Assembly: GCF_018977255.1 (NCBI RefSeq)
Contig: NW_024704743.1
Coordinates: 38,876,001 to 38,940,000, forward strand
DNA: 64,000 nucleotides
Source of the DNA: Callorhinchus milii
Taxonomy: Eukaryota
Direction: 5' to 3'
Shown here: positions 26,798 to 38,842 of the stretch, one piece after another
Position numbering within the stretch: position 1 is the stretch's first letter
Layout: every line of letters begins with the position of its first letter
Program-made: the position numbers and the translations under genes
The notes under the pieces: model-generated
What the model was told of the DNA's origin: nothing
What the model saw: the letters and a program-made list of their open reading frames with translations, nothing else
Databases searched by the model: none

Positions 26798-27019
26798 CTG
26801 GAAACGAAGAAACGTTGAATTATTCACAACATTACAACAGGATTTTATTCACCATCTGCGCTATAAAGCAAGTTATTATCAAGCCTCAAAAAAGTGTTGA
26901 TTACACTTCAATGATGAGAACAAAGCAAATTATCATCCAGTTGCCCTTTCAGAAGAAAATTGACACCATGATAAAATTCCAGAATTCTGCTTGAAAGTAA
27001 TGGGAACAGAATTTCCCCT

Positions 27020-27300
27020 GATAGAGCAGGAGGTCTCTGATTCAATCCCCTGGTCTATGCTAAATCATCTGATTTCAGCCAGGGAGCAACAATTGGCCTC
27101 AGTGCCCCTGGTCTAGCTAAAGGAAAAATGTCTGCTTCCAATTGCTAGACAAGCAAGTACTGGAAAGTGAACACGTGGATATTAGGAATGGAGTGAACAG
27201 GGCCTGGCTTTGTAATATTTCCCCATAGTCAAATACCCCAACACAAATCACAACTGAAGAATTGTATTGGAAAGTACTGGTTATCTGTACATCCATACCT
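27020..27300 (+). mobile_element. Ancient SINE-like repeat of a further family; relatives at about 5690-6135 (+) and 19455-19570 (-)
   Basis: Shared GCCTCAGTGCCCCTGG.CTAG..AAGGAAAA motif and B-box-like GATTCAATCC/GATTCGAATC. Confidence 0.5.
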
Positions 27301-28534
27301 GACCACGAATCAGAGCGAGGTGGGGGGGGGGGGGGTGCTTCAAAATGCCAGCCAGGGCCCAGCATGATAAAATAGGATCACTTCCAAGGCACAAGGTCGT
27401 TTCAGCGCCTTGGGACGTCCTCCCAACGTGAAAGGCGCTATACAAATGTAATCGTTGTTATTGTTGTCGTTCTCACTCTTGGAAGTGATGTGGTGGTGTC
27501 TGAAGTGCTGATGCAACCAGTACCCGTCCAACACTTTGATTTTTTGGGCTAAGCAGATATTGGGAACCACAGCACACTTATAATCAAACCTGTGTTTTAA
27601 TGAAGCGATGTTATATCAGGGTTCTATAGTAAAATGCTATATTCTTACTCATACTGGATTAGCGGTATAAAAGATCAGGACAGAATGTGGAATAATCTTT
27701 GTTACTCTGATCAATTATGTGACTGCCTTTTCTTACAGCACACACTTCTGGTGATTCCCGCCTTCAGGGAATAAGGGGAATTGTGAACAAGGAACAATTT
27801 AACCAATGAGGATCTCACCCCCTCACCTTCCGCTATCTCTGGTATCTAAGAACCTTCCAAGGTCATCCAGACCTCAGGCATGTGAGTCAAGCGACTGGCA
27901 GATATCAGACCCCAAGTGTGATCAACAAAGTCACTGCTTTCGCAGAGAGCCAATTAAAAACAATCAGACCAAGACAGGAGTGAAATGGAAATAGGAAAAT
28001 GTACTCAGATGTACTCTTACGGTTAGATGTGAACTTGTAACTCCAGGCAGATACATCAATTAAACTGTGACAGTCTTCAACCAAGGAACAATAAACACAA
28101 GATCTCCCACAGCCTTGGCTTCTCATGATTTACTTCAAAGAGAACTTTTGAACATCCCCTACCCAAAGTCAAAGCTGTGTTAATATTTAATTAAATAAAA
28201 CTGGAAGTCGGAGGGAAAGAGAAGAAAGGTTCTCAAATGCTACGAAAAATATTTAATCAAAGGGTTCAAGTTACAGAGCAAAGCCGTGGGTACCTGCACT
28301 TTAATTATCCACACGGCAATTATCCACATACCCATTTATTCCTTTAGAGCTCTGATGCAGAAGTTGGTCACAGGGCTGCGATACCAGCAGAAAAATGTCC
28401 TGATATGCACAAATATGAAGTTGCTATGGACACAATTTGAACCTCTCAATAACCTCAAGGACATGCATGCAACATTACATATGCACACAGCCTGTTTTAA
28501 TATATGCTTTTATAGTGTTGAGACAGAGACGCAC

Positions 28535-28575
<41 letters not shown>

Positions 28576-28616
28576 AATAGAGGGGGAAGGGCAGAGTGTG
28601 TGTGTGTGTGTGAGAG
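28535..28616. repeat. Compound microsatellite (AT)n(AG)n...(GT)n about 20 nt from a ZNF622 donor; others at about 510-550 and 22507-22537
   Basis: Directly visible. Confidence 0.92.
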
Positions 28617-28632
28617 ACAGTGAAATACGTAC

Positions 28633-28776
28633 CAAGTTCACCGGTCCATCCTAGTGCCTTGTACTGCTGCAACATCCTACCCAACGCACGATTAGTGCCG
28701 GCAACAGCCACGGCCTTAGACACACCAAAACTCTGCTTGTAGTATCTCAATAGCGACCGATGACCAATTCTCGCAC
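28633..28776 (-). CDS. ZNF622: ZNF622 coding exon 5
   Basis: Acceptor ATCACAG, donor G|GTACGT, 144 nt. Encodes ARIGHRSLLRYYKQSFGVSKAVAVAGTNRALGRMLQQYKALGWTGEL. Confidence 0.96.
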
Positions 28777-29069
28777 CTGTGATTTTAAATCGAGATTGAA
28801 AACAAAACGCAAGTCAACAAATTCAATTCAGATTTACCATTCAGTTAGGCGAACAGGCAAGGTTTGTTCATCAGTTTTCGTGTCTACAATGCTACGTGTG
28901 CCTGTTATAAATTACAGCTGAATAATTGCTTGTCGAGATTAACAACACACACTCTGGTTCTCCGCCTACTCAGCGAGATTAACTGCACTAATTAAAATGG
29001 TAGCATTATTCACCCATTGACAAAACCTTGTATACAACCTTACAGAGGTCATCCCTACTATGCAGCTCT

Positions 29070-29700
29070 TATAGAATTGTATTAGTTACAGCAGAGAAAC
29101 AGGCATTTGGGTCTAACTAGTTTGTGCCAGCGTTTAAACTTCCCACGAGCCTCCACTCCTTGTAATCCGCTCCATTCCCTTCTCTTTCATATACGCATCA
29201 AGTTTCGTCTTGAATACATTGATGCTATTTGCTTCAACCACAGATTCCAGCAGTGAATTCCACATTCTCGGATCTTCTAAGTAAAGTCTCATTAGGAACA
29301 TAACAACAGGAGGAGGCCATTCAAACTCATTAAACATGTCTGACAGTTGATTAGATCACCCAGATCTATTATTGCTATTTCCCTGCCTTTTCCCATATCC
29401 CTTAACACTCTTACTTCCACAATCTGCCTATCGAACTCTTCAAACATCCCAATTTTTGTCTTTACAGTCTTTACAACCCTCTTAAGGGGCATTGAATGTC
29501 ACATTGTTACAGCTCTCTGCATGAAGAAATGTTTATTGAATACATAACCATCCCAATATTAAATTTGAGATTGTCTTGTTTCGGATCCCTCTCCCAGAAG
29601 GAAGACTTGCCCGCTATCTATCCAGTCTTTCAATTCCCTTTATTATTTCAAACACCTATATCAGATTGGCCCTTAACCAGCTCAGCTATAAGGAATATAA
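29070..29700 (-). mobile_element. Old CR1 3' fragments; others at about 30034-30195 (-), 31085-31335 (+), 33520-33632 (+), 47320-47380 (+), 50735-50870 (-), 56620-57075 (-) and 60250-60500 (+)
   Basis: WNSL..VVEA.SI..FK.KLD.YM peptide remnants and GGCC-AATGGCC tails. Confidence 0.8.
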
Positions 29701-30368
29701 CATTCCCGCGACATAATAGTCATTGCAATTGCAGAATACCTAAAGTGGCAGTGATGCTCATCCAAACTCCTCAGCAGATAGGAAAAGCCTGTACAGTTTT
29801 ACATATTGTGAAATGCGGAGCAGAGCCAGTATTACTGCTCTTCAGCTCATGAAGAAGTAGGCACCAGTGTTACACAACTTTTATATATAACCAGGATTTC
29901 CACTCAACACCTCGTCCTTAAACTTACCTATTACGTACTGAGAAGAGATTGAGGATTCTAAGCATATTAGTGAACCGAATACCAAACAGCTAATTATGAA
30001 GCACATTTCCTTCTTCTTCAAGCCTTGTGAAGTTTAAACTTCACACAAGCCTCCACCTATTCTAAACTGCTCTATTCCCTTCTCCCTCATTTTTGATTTG
30101 TTTCCTCTTAAATATGTCGATGCTATTTACTTCGACCACCGCTTCCAGGGGTGAGTTCCACATTCTCAGGCCCTCTATGTAAAGTCTCATTCGGAAACTT
30201 GGGAACCTCCAGCACCTTGGGACGTCCTCCTGACGTGAAAGGCACGTGCAAAGGAAACCATCCATCCCTGCTGTGTTTTTCCTCCTAATCCTGTTCCCAG
30301 AAATAAAGGCCTCCCCTACTGTTTTGCACAGTGGGGGATTAGCATGGATATCAGGACTGGGTACCAAC

Positions 30369-30475
30369 CAGAAGGAAGCAGAAGCTCCATCGTGTCCTCA
30401 TCATATTCCACACCCTTGGTTAGCAATCCTGGAATTTCCATCTCGTCATCTTCTTTGTGGTCAGGGTAACTTTGT
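30369..30475 (-). CDS. ZNF622: ZNF622 coding exon 4
   Basis: Encodes QSYPDHKEDDEMEIPGLLTKGVEYDEDTMELLLPSG. 107 nt, phase 2-1, which fits both neighbours. Acceptor GTGTGAAG and donor G|GTTGGT are both weak. Confidence 0.93.
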
Positions 30476-30997
30476 CTTCACACATGAAAGCCAAACAGAC
30501 ATTTCAGAAAAAAATGATGCAATGTTTCCTTAAACGTAAACACTTATTTGGTACTGCTCTTATACTGCTTCCCCCATCATCCCCAATTTCTGCTCTTAAA
30601 ACAGGAGTGACTACATCACGCACAATTCAGCAATTAACCTGCTTTCAGGCACTTTCTAGCCTTATATCTGTTCCAGCAACAAGGACATAAAACTTATACC
30701 CAGCACCTATAGTTTTGAATGTACATACAGACTTTTATTCTACTGGCAGACAGACATTTTCACATCTCCTTACTGCTCCCCCTCACTTATGAATGCCTCC
30801 AAAAATAAATAATGAAAATTGGTCGTTCACTTCATGGTTTTTTGTGGGACATTGCTGTGCCCAATTGGCTGTTGCGTTTTGCCCACAAAATACAGTCACT
30901 CGACTTTACAATATATTCTATGAAGCGCTTTGAGACATCTCAATGAATTAAAAAGAGGTTCTATCAAATGTAAGGATTATTATTATTATTACCACTA

Positions 30998-31043
30998 GCC
31001 TCCACTTAACATAAAGCGCCTCCACTTAACATAAAGCGCCTCC
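30998..31043. repeat. Perfect 20-bp tandem duplication GCCTCCACTTAACATAAAGC x2.3
   Basis: Directly visible between a SINE tail and an L2 tail. Confidence 0.9.
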
Positions 31044-31882
31044 TGATGTGAAAGGTGCTGTATAAATGTAAATTCGTATTGCATTTCTCCATTGATACAT
31101 TAGCTAAGATTAAGGTGTCTGGAATTGAAGGAAATATTGTGGTATGGACAGAAAATTGGTCAGGAGCCAGGAAGCAGAGAGCTGGGATTTAAATGCCATT
31201 CTCTGACTGTCAGGCAGTGATAAGTGGCTTCCCCATGGATGCGATGCTGCAGTTTTACAGACCATTGGTTAGGGAAATGGAATTAAAAACCTGCCATGAT
31301 CAGAACAGATTCAAAGGCTTCCTCATGTTTCTATGAAGAGACCTGAAGGCGTGAGATTAAACTCTAGCAGGCAGAAATTTGTCCTCACATTGTCAACCCT
31401 CTCTTCACTCCTCTCAATCACCGTTTTCCCAGATGGTTTCCTCCACACGGATTGCTGACTAGACAGGTCAGACTAGGCCACCAACCTCTCCAGGATAGTC
31501 ATCAATGTCACCCTACAGTTGCCAAGTGTCAATTCCAAGTCAATAAATTCTATAAATCAAACTGTCAGTTCCCATTCCCTCTTTTGCCTCCATCAAAAAA
31601 AAGCTCAGCCAATTCAATGCAGTTTTGTTCAGAGTCCAGTTAACAAAATGTGTATTAAACCATCCCTTTTATTTATTCATTTAAAAAAAAATTTTGGAGA
31701 CTTCACAACGGTGTGAAAAGGCGTTATATCAGATGCAAGGATTATTATTATTTTATTTTAGAAAGTGGATATAATCACAGATTGCTTCACAAATATCAAT
31801 TCCTAGAAAATGCACAAATAGGACAGTAGTGTGAACGTTTTATAAAAGTACGAGTCTTCACGTATTTGTATTTATCTTTTAC

Positions 31883-32045
31883 CTGAAGTCATAGAAGTCT
31901 GCAAACTCAAGAGCAGCATCTCCCTCAGTGAAGAGTTTACAGTGACTGAGGTCAACCATGTGATCCTGCACAGCCTCTGTAGAGTAAAAAGATCGACCTT
32001 TCTCATTGCACCAAAGACAGACGTTTCCCACGCCAACCTTCTCTC
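31883..32045 (-). CDS. ZNF622: ZNF622 coding exon 3
   Basis: Acceptor TTTTGCAG, donor AG|GTAAAA, 163 nt, phase 1-2. Encodes EKVGVGNVCLWCNEKGRSFYSTEAVQDHMVDLSHCKLFTEGDAALEFADFYDFR. Confidence 0.96.
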
Positions 32046-32276
32046 CTGCAAAATAAACAAAAGAGCATACATTACTGAGATCATTCGCCTACTAGTCTCT
32101 ACACTTGACAGTAAATCCTGTACCAAGTGAGGTTATTTGAAACATCCTCCTGACATGAAAGAGTTAAATGAAATGCAAGGTGTATCAATGATAACAAACT
32201 ATTAACCCATCTCGTCATTAATTTCAAAAAGAGTTGCAAGTGATCCATTTTTGTCTAATTTTATCATTATCCTATT

Positions 32277-32700
32277 GTGAGAGAGTGGGGGTGAGAGAGA
32301 GTGATAGAGAGACTGAGAAAGCAGAGAGAGATTGAGAGAGGGAGAATGTGAGGGGAAAGGGAGTAAATGTGAGGGAGAGGAGGAAAGAAAGAAACAGAGA
32401 GAGTGGGGGAGATTGAGAGGGTGATTGAGAGAGTTTGAGAGGGGATAGAGAGTGTGTGTGTGTGGGAGGGGGGGGTGGTGAGACAGAGTAATTGAGAAAT
32501 GGAGAAAGTGTGTGAGAGAGAGGGGAGAGGTGGAATGTGAGAGGGGAGAGTGTGAGAGAGTAATTGACAGTGTGTGTGAGGAGTGTGCGCGCGTGAAAGA
32601 AAGCGGGTAGAGAGAGTACGATTGAGGGAGGGAGAGAGAGCATGAGGGAGAGGGAGAAACAAAAAGAGTGAGAGAGTAGAGAAAGAGAGGAGAGAATTGA
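32277..32700. repeat. GA-rich low-complexity purine tract
   Basis: Degenerate (GA)n/(GT)n, directly visible. Confidence 0.92.
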
Positions 32701-33136
32701 GTGCAGTGTTTCGTGGTTCACTGTCAGGACAGATGATGGGAGCTCCCTGGGCCATCGCGAGGGGTACTGAGGACAGACACTGAGTGACGTGCAGTTTCAT
32801 CACAGAAAGCTTCCATTTTCCCCAGTGGAAAACGTCTCTACGTCCTTCATTTACCACCCCCTCCCCACTCTGCCTCTATAACCTCCCGACCTGCTCATTC
32901 CCTTTCCAGAACACCGGTTTCATGTCCTCCCATCCCATCTGCTCCCACCATCGTCATTTTGCCCCCACTCTCTGGAATTCCATTCCCGGAGTCCCTTTGA
33001 CTCGCTCCCACCCCTCTTTCAAGGCCCGTCAAGACCTAACTCTCTGACCACACTTTTGGTCATCTCTTCCCCTCCCCATCCCATCTCTCTCGGCTCCCAG
33101 CTCAGGTGCCCCGCTGACAGTGTTGAGTGGAGTCAA

Positions 33137-33449
33137 GGGGTCCTGTAGCTCAGTGGTTAGAGCACCCGCCTTGCAAGCGAGATACCTGGGTTTGGTTCCC
33201 GGCAGGGTGAAACCTTGTTCAAGTTTCCTTACTCCACACACCTGATAATAATCCCTCCAAAACAAAACAATAATATATTGGTCACTTCACTCCATGACTG
33301 TTTGTGGAACACTGCTGTGCGCAATTGGCTGCCGCCTTTCACCCGCAAATATACAGTCAATTCACTTTACAGTCTATTCTGTGAAGCGCTTTGAGACATC
33401 TAGAAGACGTGAAAAGCGCTATATCAAATGCAAGGATTATTATTATTAA
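33137..33449 (+). mobile_element. tRNA/Deu SINE, full length, short form (ZNF622 intron)
   Basis: Same family as the other copies. Confidence 0.93.
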
Positions 33450-34235
33450 AGCATAGTAAATGGGCGCTCCTGGCTTCCTCACAGGTCACTGCCCTAACTC
33501 TGTTTAACTAAGGTTAGAAGGTTATGCTTGAAGGCTTAGTTGAGGAAGGGCAGGAGGCTAATGTAGAGCATAAACACCGGCATAGAGCAGTTGGGCCAAA
33601 TGGCCTGTTTCTGTGCTGTATATTCTAATGTAAGTTCAGAAAAGTCTTTTGAAATGATTTAGAAGTTGGTGGGGGAAAGAGTTCAAAACACATTACACAC
33701 CATTCCTTAAATAGGAACTGAATGGGTTTAGAAACACTGCATTTGTAATCCTTTTTTTAACCTATCATAGAAATACAACATTTTACACTTATTTGAGGGC
33801 ATGTCTCCTCATTTTCATGACACTCCCCAAAAGCTCCAACCTCTCACAATGTTCCTCCATTGCCTTGAGAAAAGCACCTGGCATTTTACAGCAGGTAAGA
33901 TTGGAAACAGATAAAGATGCCTTTATCAGGTAAGATTGGAAACAGAGTGGTGCAGGTGTGGAGCAGCAGGAAGTGCAAACACAGAGCAACTTTCCACTGT
34001 TCCTCAGCACTAGACATGGCTACTGCATTATGCCATCATGGCACAAACCAGCCACCTCTCGTAATGCGGTCAATTCTATTTGTAATCAACTCATTTTACT
34101 TCAGATAGTTTTTCAGTATTTAGAGATCCATATGCTTTGCTCCATGTTTATTTTGAAATAAACACACTAAATGCCACGCCTGAAAAAAACATAAAGGAAA
34201 TACAGCCCAAATAAATGAACTTTTCTCATACTCAC

Positions 34236-34484
34236 CCAGGTAATTGATCAGCCCCTTCAGATCCACTAGATATTCAATGTCAGGGATGAAAAAGCCATGA
34301 ATCTCCATCATATGTTTCATGTTTTTCGAGAGGGAATGGGAATGGTGTGCACAGAAAAGACAGTCTGTGACTGGAAGCGCACCAGGTGCGGTATCCTCTC
34401 TCGGACGTTTACTAGCCCGACTCCCCTCTTCGCTCTTCAAGCCTTCCTCTTGCTCATTATCCGAGTCTATATCTTCCCAACCAT
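34236..34484 (-). CDS. ZNF622: ZNF622 coding exon 2
   Basis: Acceptor CCGTTAG, donor G|GTGAGT, 249 nt, phase 1-1. Encodes DGWEDIDSD...TDCLFCAHHSHSLSKNMKHMMEIHGFFIPDIEYLVDLKGLINYLG (third zinc finger). Confidence 0.96.
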
Positions 34485-36268
34485 CTAACGGAAGCAGTGC
34501 AAGACAAAGAGAACAAAAGTTAATTTAATCCTTTGAAAATCGTCGTCCCCCCACTCCCAATATTAAAATTAAAGAAAGATAACTTTTAAAATGCAGTCAT
34601 ATACAAACATTTTATTCACACTTGAAATCATGGGATAAACTTATAAGTATGGTACATTTTATAGAGGGCTCAGAGGTGATCGCTTAAGGCTCTCTTTGAC
34701 AGGAATCATAAAAAAGACTTTTAAAAAGTAATGGAAACATTTCCCATTAAATCACTACATAATTCTAGTACAGCGTTATGCTTGTTTGCTAGAAATCATA
34801 CAAGTGATTGACACATTAAACACCATCTCACTCAGTGGGTGCACCAGGTCCCTCTGGAATACTCCAATGGGAGTATTTGTACATGATGGGAATGTGCTGT
34901 GGGTAACTCCCTCCTGCATATTCAACCTAATGCCTTGACAGGCCAGACTGGGGCATGAAAATAGATTTTGCACAATTTCAATGATCTGTATTTACCATGG
35001 AAAATACACAGTCAGACTACTTTACGCTATATTCCGTGAAGCACTTTGAGATGTCTTGACAACGTGATAAGACACTGTATCAAACGGAAGGATTATTATT
35101 TGTATTCATATTTTGAGTGTTGCCAGCTTTCCTCATGGATTTATTTGTATTTCACGTCGGGGGGACGCTTTAGGGTGTCCTCCCGACATGAAAGGCACTA
35201 TACAAATGTAATTTTCTATTGTATTGTGTATTGCATTCTCTCACCAAGTTCTCTACTTCGCTTGGATTCACAAGTCGTGCAGGTTAATTTGGAATTTGGT
35301 GGGAAATGTGCACTGCAATGCCAAAACATGAAAACATGCCAAAGGCATTAAATTGTAAGCACATTCTTCTACAACAGAAATAGGACTCATTACTCTGGAA
35401 AACATTGCTTTTTTCTCCATGTTTATTTTTATTTTATTGAAGAATGCAGTCCACATGATTAAAACACATAATTCTTGCTAACCTGGAAGTGACATTAAAA
35501 GAGATTCCTCAGTATAGTGCACGTAGCCAGAACATGAAATTCTGACAACCTGGTGTGGGTTTGTACTGATACTTCAATATTTTTGTTTAAACCACAACAA
35601 AATCTCCTGTGCAAACCGAGTACATACCCTAATACCAGAAAGGATGAAAACTAATTGTTGGGAGCACCTCAGTGATTTGTATTGCAAGATTAGAGTGTGC
35701 ACTTCTCATAATTGAGACTGCAGAAGCCGCACACAGAGCAAGTAGCTGACAAACGTCACTTATAATAATAATAATCCTTGCATTTGGAATAGCGCCTTTT
35801 CACGTTGTTGAGACGTCTCAAAGCGCTTCACAGAATATACTGTAATTGACTGTGCATTTCGTGGGCGAAATGTGCACTTTAGACACAACAGCTATTTATG
35901 CACTAGTAACATCCTAAACTACTCTGCCTTTGTCAGTGGAGGGTTTCTGTGTCTAAATCTTAAATCAATACTTCAATAGCCATTGCTCCAGTGGCAGGAA
36001 GTTGTGAAATCAGTCGGTCTAGTTTGATTTTGCTGCATTTACAGTTTGCTGCACTTATATGCAGCAACCGTCTGATGGTTGATTGACTTCAATACCATCA
36101 AACTTAAATACATTTGCTATAAGAAGGCAGTTTAAAACCAAACTACACAATCTTTTGTATATCGGTGTTGTATTCAAGCAGGATTTGTTAATCCGGGAAA
36201 AAATGTGAAAGATATTCTTTGGAGGGAAAATATATGAAAGTACAAGAAGTCAATATATCCATTACCTC

Positions 36269-36545
36269 ACAACAACAACAACAACGATTACATTTGTATA
36301 GCGCCTTTCACGTCAGGAGGACGTCCCAAGGTGCTGGATGGCGTGCAGCATTTCAGACCTGAGCTGGGGTCGGGGGTGGGGGAAGGGAGGGGAGGGGAAG
36401 GGGGGTGGCCGATGGGATGGTCGAAGAGGAGGGTTTTGAGGTGGGACTTGAAAGAGGCCAAGAAGGGGGTGAGGCGGAGTGACTGGGGGATGGAATTCCA
36501 GAGGTTGGGGGCAGAGTGGCTGAAGGCTCTCCCACCAGATGTGAA
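36269..36545 (-). mobile_element. L2 LINE 3' end, about 25 nt downstream of the first ZNF622 coding-exon donor
   Basis: GGRAFSHSAPNLWNSIPQSLR...SFKSHLKTLLF peptide, L2 tail and (GTT)n. Confidence 0.92.
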
Positions 36546-36571
36546 AAAGAAATTTATGTGTCTCCACTTAC

Positions 36572-37163
36572 CCTCATCTCCCCCCTCCTCATCCACCATC
36601 ATCTCCTCATCAGACGACTGGCCCTCTTCTAGTTTCTTTGCCTGCTGTTCTAACCAGATCAACCTTGGTGGCTTGTCAGCCCTTTTCGTGCCCTCCCTCT
36701 GCTGTTGGTCAGTGGAACTGATCCTCTTCCTTGCAGACGGAGATTGCTGGGCCTTCAGTGCCTGCTGAATGGCTGTATTCACTGCATCTTTGTCGACGTT
36801 ATTCTCACTTACTCCCTTCTCTGCGTTTTTGGCATTCAGCCTCTCCAACTCTTTATTGGCAATATTCACCGTCTTCTTCTCCGCATCGTGGTGCTTCTTG
36901 GATTTCAGGTGGTTCTCGTAGGCATTGAATGTGGCAAATTTCTTGCCACAAGCTACGCAGTCTGTGGCCGTGCCCTTGTTCTGTTCCTCCACTGCTGCTC
37001 TCTGAGCCAGCACTCGTTCCTGGAAATTCTCGGCTGTGACAGGAGACATGTCAGCCACTTTGCGCTTCAGGTTGTACCTGTGCCAGTCAGTTTTGTAGTG
37101 GGATCTCTGAATCTCAGCATCAGCAAATGCCACGCGGCATGTGATGCACGTGTAGGAAGACAT
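36572..37163 (-). CDS. ZNF622: ZNF622 (Rei1-like cytoplasmic pre-60S maturation zinc-finger protein), first coding exon
   Basis: Translates MSSYTCITCRVAFADAEIQRSHYKTDWHRYNLKRKVA...CVACGKKFATFNAYENHLKSKKH, the two N-terminal zinc fingers of ZNF622/Rei1. Ends at donor G|GTAAGT, phase 1, 592 nt. An acceptor TTTCTGTTTAAG lies 2 nt before the ATG. Confidence 0.97.
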
Positions 37164-38421
37164 TCCTTAAACAGAAACAATCTTGTTTTAGTTAACGGAA
37201 GCTGAGAACGAGTTCTTTAAAGTTATCTGGAGATGCTTTTAAATACAGTGCGATTTGGTCCAGCAATTTTGAACACAGAATGTTTAATTGTATTAAAGAT
37301 GCAACGGTAAAAACGGATCTTTAAAATGAATGGACCATTTTTGCACAAGCGAATTTGATGTGTTTTTTTGTCCTTCTCACTCTATAATCACTGTGCTGGC
37401 GGGAGCAAAGCACCTTAATTATCAGAGTACAACATAAGAACACAACTGGGACGTCCCCCGACGTGAAAAGCGCTATATCAAATGCAAGGATTATTATTAT
37501 TAACTCAGTTTCCATAGAATAAATCCAGCGACACAGCAGAAATCAGAAAAAGTCACCTCTGGCTGTCAAAAACAAAAGCCACCCATGACGTCAGCAGAGT
37601 GATTCACTGTTGACCATTTATTTCTCCACCAGCCAGCAGTGATAAATAAGGACACGATTTCTGCTAAATACGGCATCTAGTGTCCGCGTCAAGCACGTTT
37701 AGATCACTGTAAAGTTCCCTCTATGCTCCCATAACACTAACCACTTAAGAGTCCCAGAGAGACATTTGCCACTCCCACACCAACCATCCTAATAGCTTGT
37801 CTCAGCGATACTGACAACTTACTGCCAGGTTGTCAGTATTTTTGTACCGTGGACTCAACTCCACTTGGCATTCGGTTAAAGCTGGGACTCTTTTAGCATC
37901 CTTACAAATATCAAAAGAGATTTTTATTCCATCAGACAAGGATGGATTTAAACCCCTTCTCAGACTCGAGGTCAAACCGTGTTTGGTTCTGTTAAACTGT
38001 ACAAGTAGCTCAATTTGGGTTCAATGTTATGTGAACTCTTTGGGGGGAATGGCAGGGAGAGAAAGAAAGGGCAAAACAAAACTAGAAAAATTATTGAAAC
38101 ATTTTAACCTGTCATTTTGTCAAAATCATGCTGCATGTTAGAGGTGCATTCAATTTGTGAAAAAAAAGTGGCAAACTCTCTTTTGGGGCAAAGAAAAAAC
38201 GAGCACTCAAGAGTAGTATTTTAGCACTTTTATGGCACTGAACTTAATTGATTTGAGAACAATTTAGAGGCACCGAATACTAAATCAAGGCAGTGGTGCA
38301 CTTGTATAAGATATTACATCAAACATTGGGAGCACAGTGTGAAACTCGAGGCACCTTACAACAGATATCATAGCCATGGCATATGTAAATGGTAAGAATA
38401 GCCAATGTCCAGATGCCAATT

Positions 38422-38825
38422 ATTATAATAATAATCCTTACATTTGATATAGCACTTATTACATCTTCGAGATGACTCAAAGCGCTTCACCAGACCTACT
38501 GTAAACTGGATTGACTGTGCATTTTGTGGGCGCAACCCGGCAGCCAATTGCGCACAGCAGCGTCCCACAAACAGTCATCAATTTGAGTGTTCAAATTATT
38601 TTTTTTTAAAAACGGGATTATTACCGCTGGAAAGCGATCCGTCAATCGACTGGTAACTGGGCTCCTACTTACTGCTTAGATAAACAGGAGTGTTGAGTAA
38701 GGAAACTCAAAGCGCTTCACGGAATATACTGTAAAGTGAATTCACTGTATATTTTGTGGGTGAAATGCAGCAGCCAAATTGCACACAGACGTGTGCCACA
38801 AACGGTTGTGAATTGTGTGACCAAA
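38422..38825 (-). mobile_element. Two fused partial SINE copies; other partial copies at about 650-810, 825-940, 2740-2950, 3490-3580, 12790-12885, 13030-13140, 15850-15995, 21155-21292, 22218-22355, 25328-25560, 30815-30992, 35000-35100, 35762-35875, 37447-37502, 41612-41750, 42262-42545, 49428-49545 and 55928-56072
   Basis: Recurrent (AAT)nCCTTGCATTTGATATAGCGC tail and Deu-core motif. Confidence 0.85.
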
Positions 38826-38842
38826 TTTTTATTTTGTATGCG

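Noticed and set aside
28765..28785. ZNF622 exon 5 also begins with GT (CAG|GTGCGA)
   Set aside because: The reconstituted site CTG|GTGCGA is a poor donor, so it was not treated as a recursive site.
32267..32857. 196-aa and 149-aa ORFs, and the 208-aa ORF at 58122-58748
   Set aside because: Translations of GA/GT low-complexity repeats.
36331..37205. + strand ORFs antisense to the ZNF622 exon (also antisense ORFs over the CR1, the L2s and RETREG1)
   Set aside because: Shadow ORFs of real coding sequence, with no independent support.
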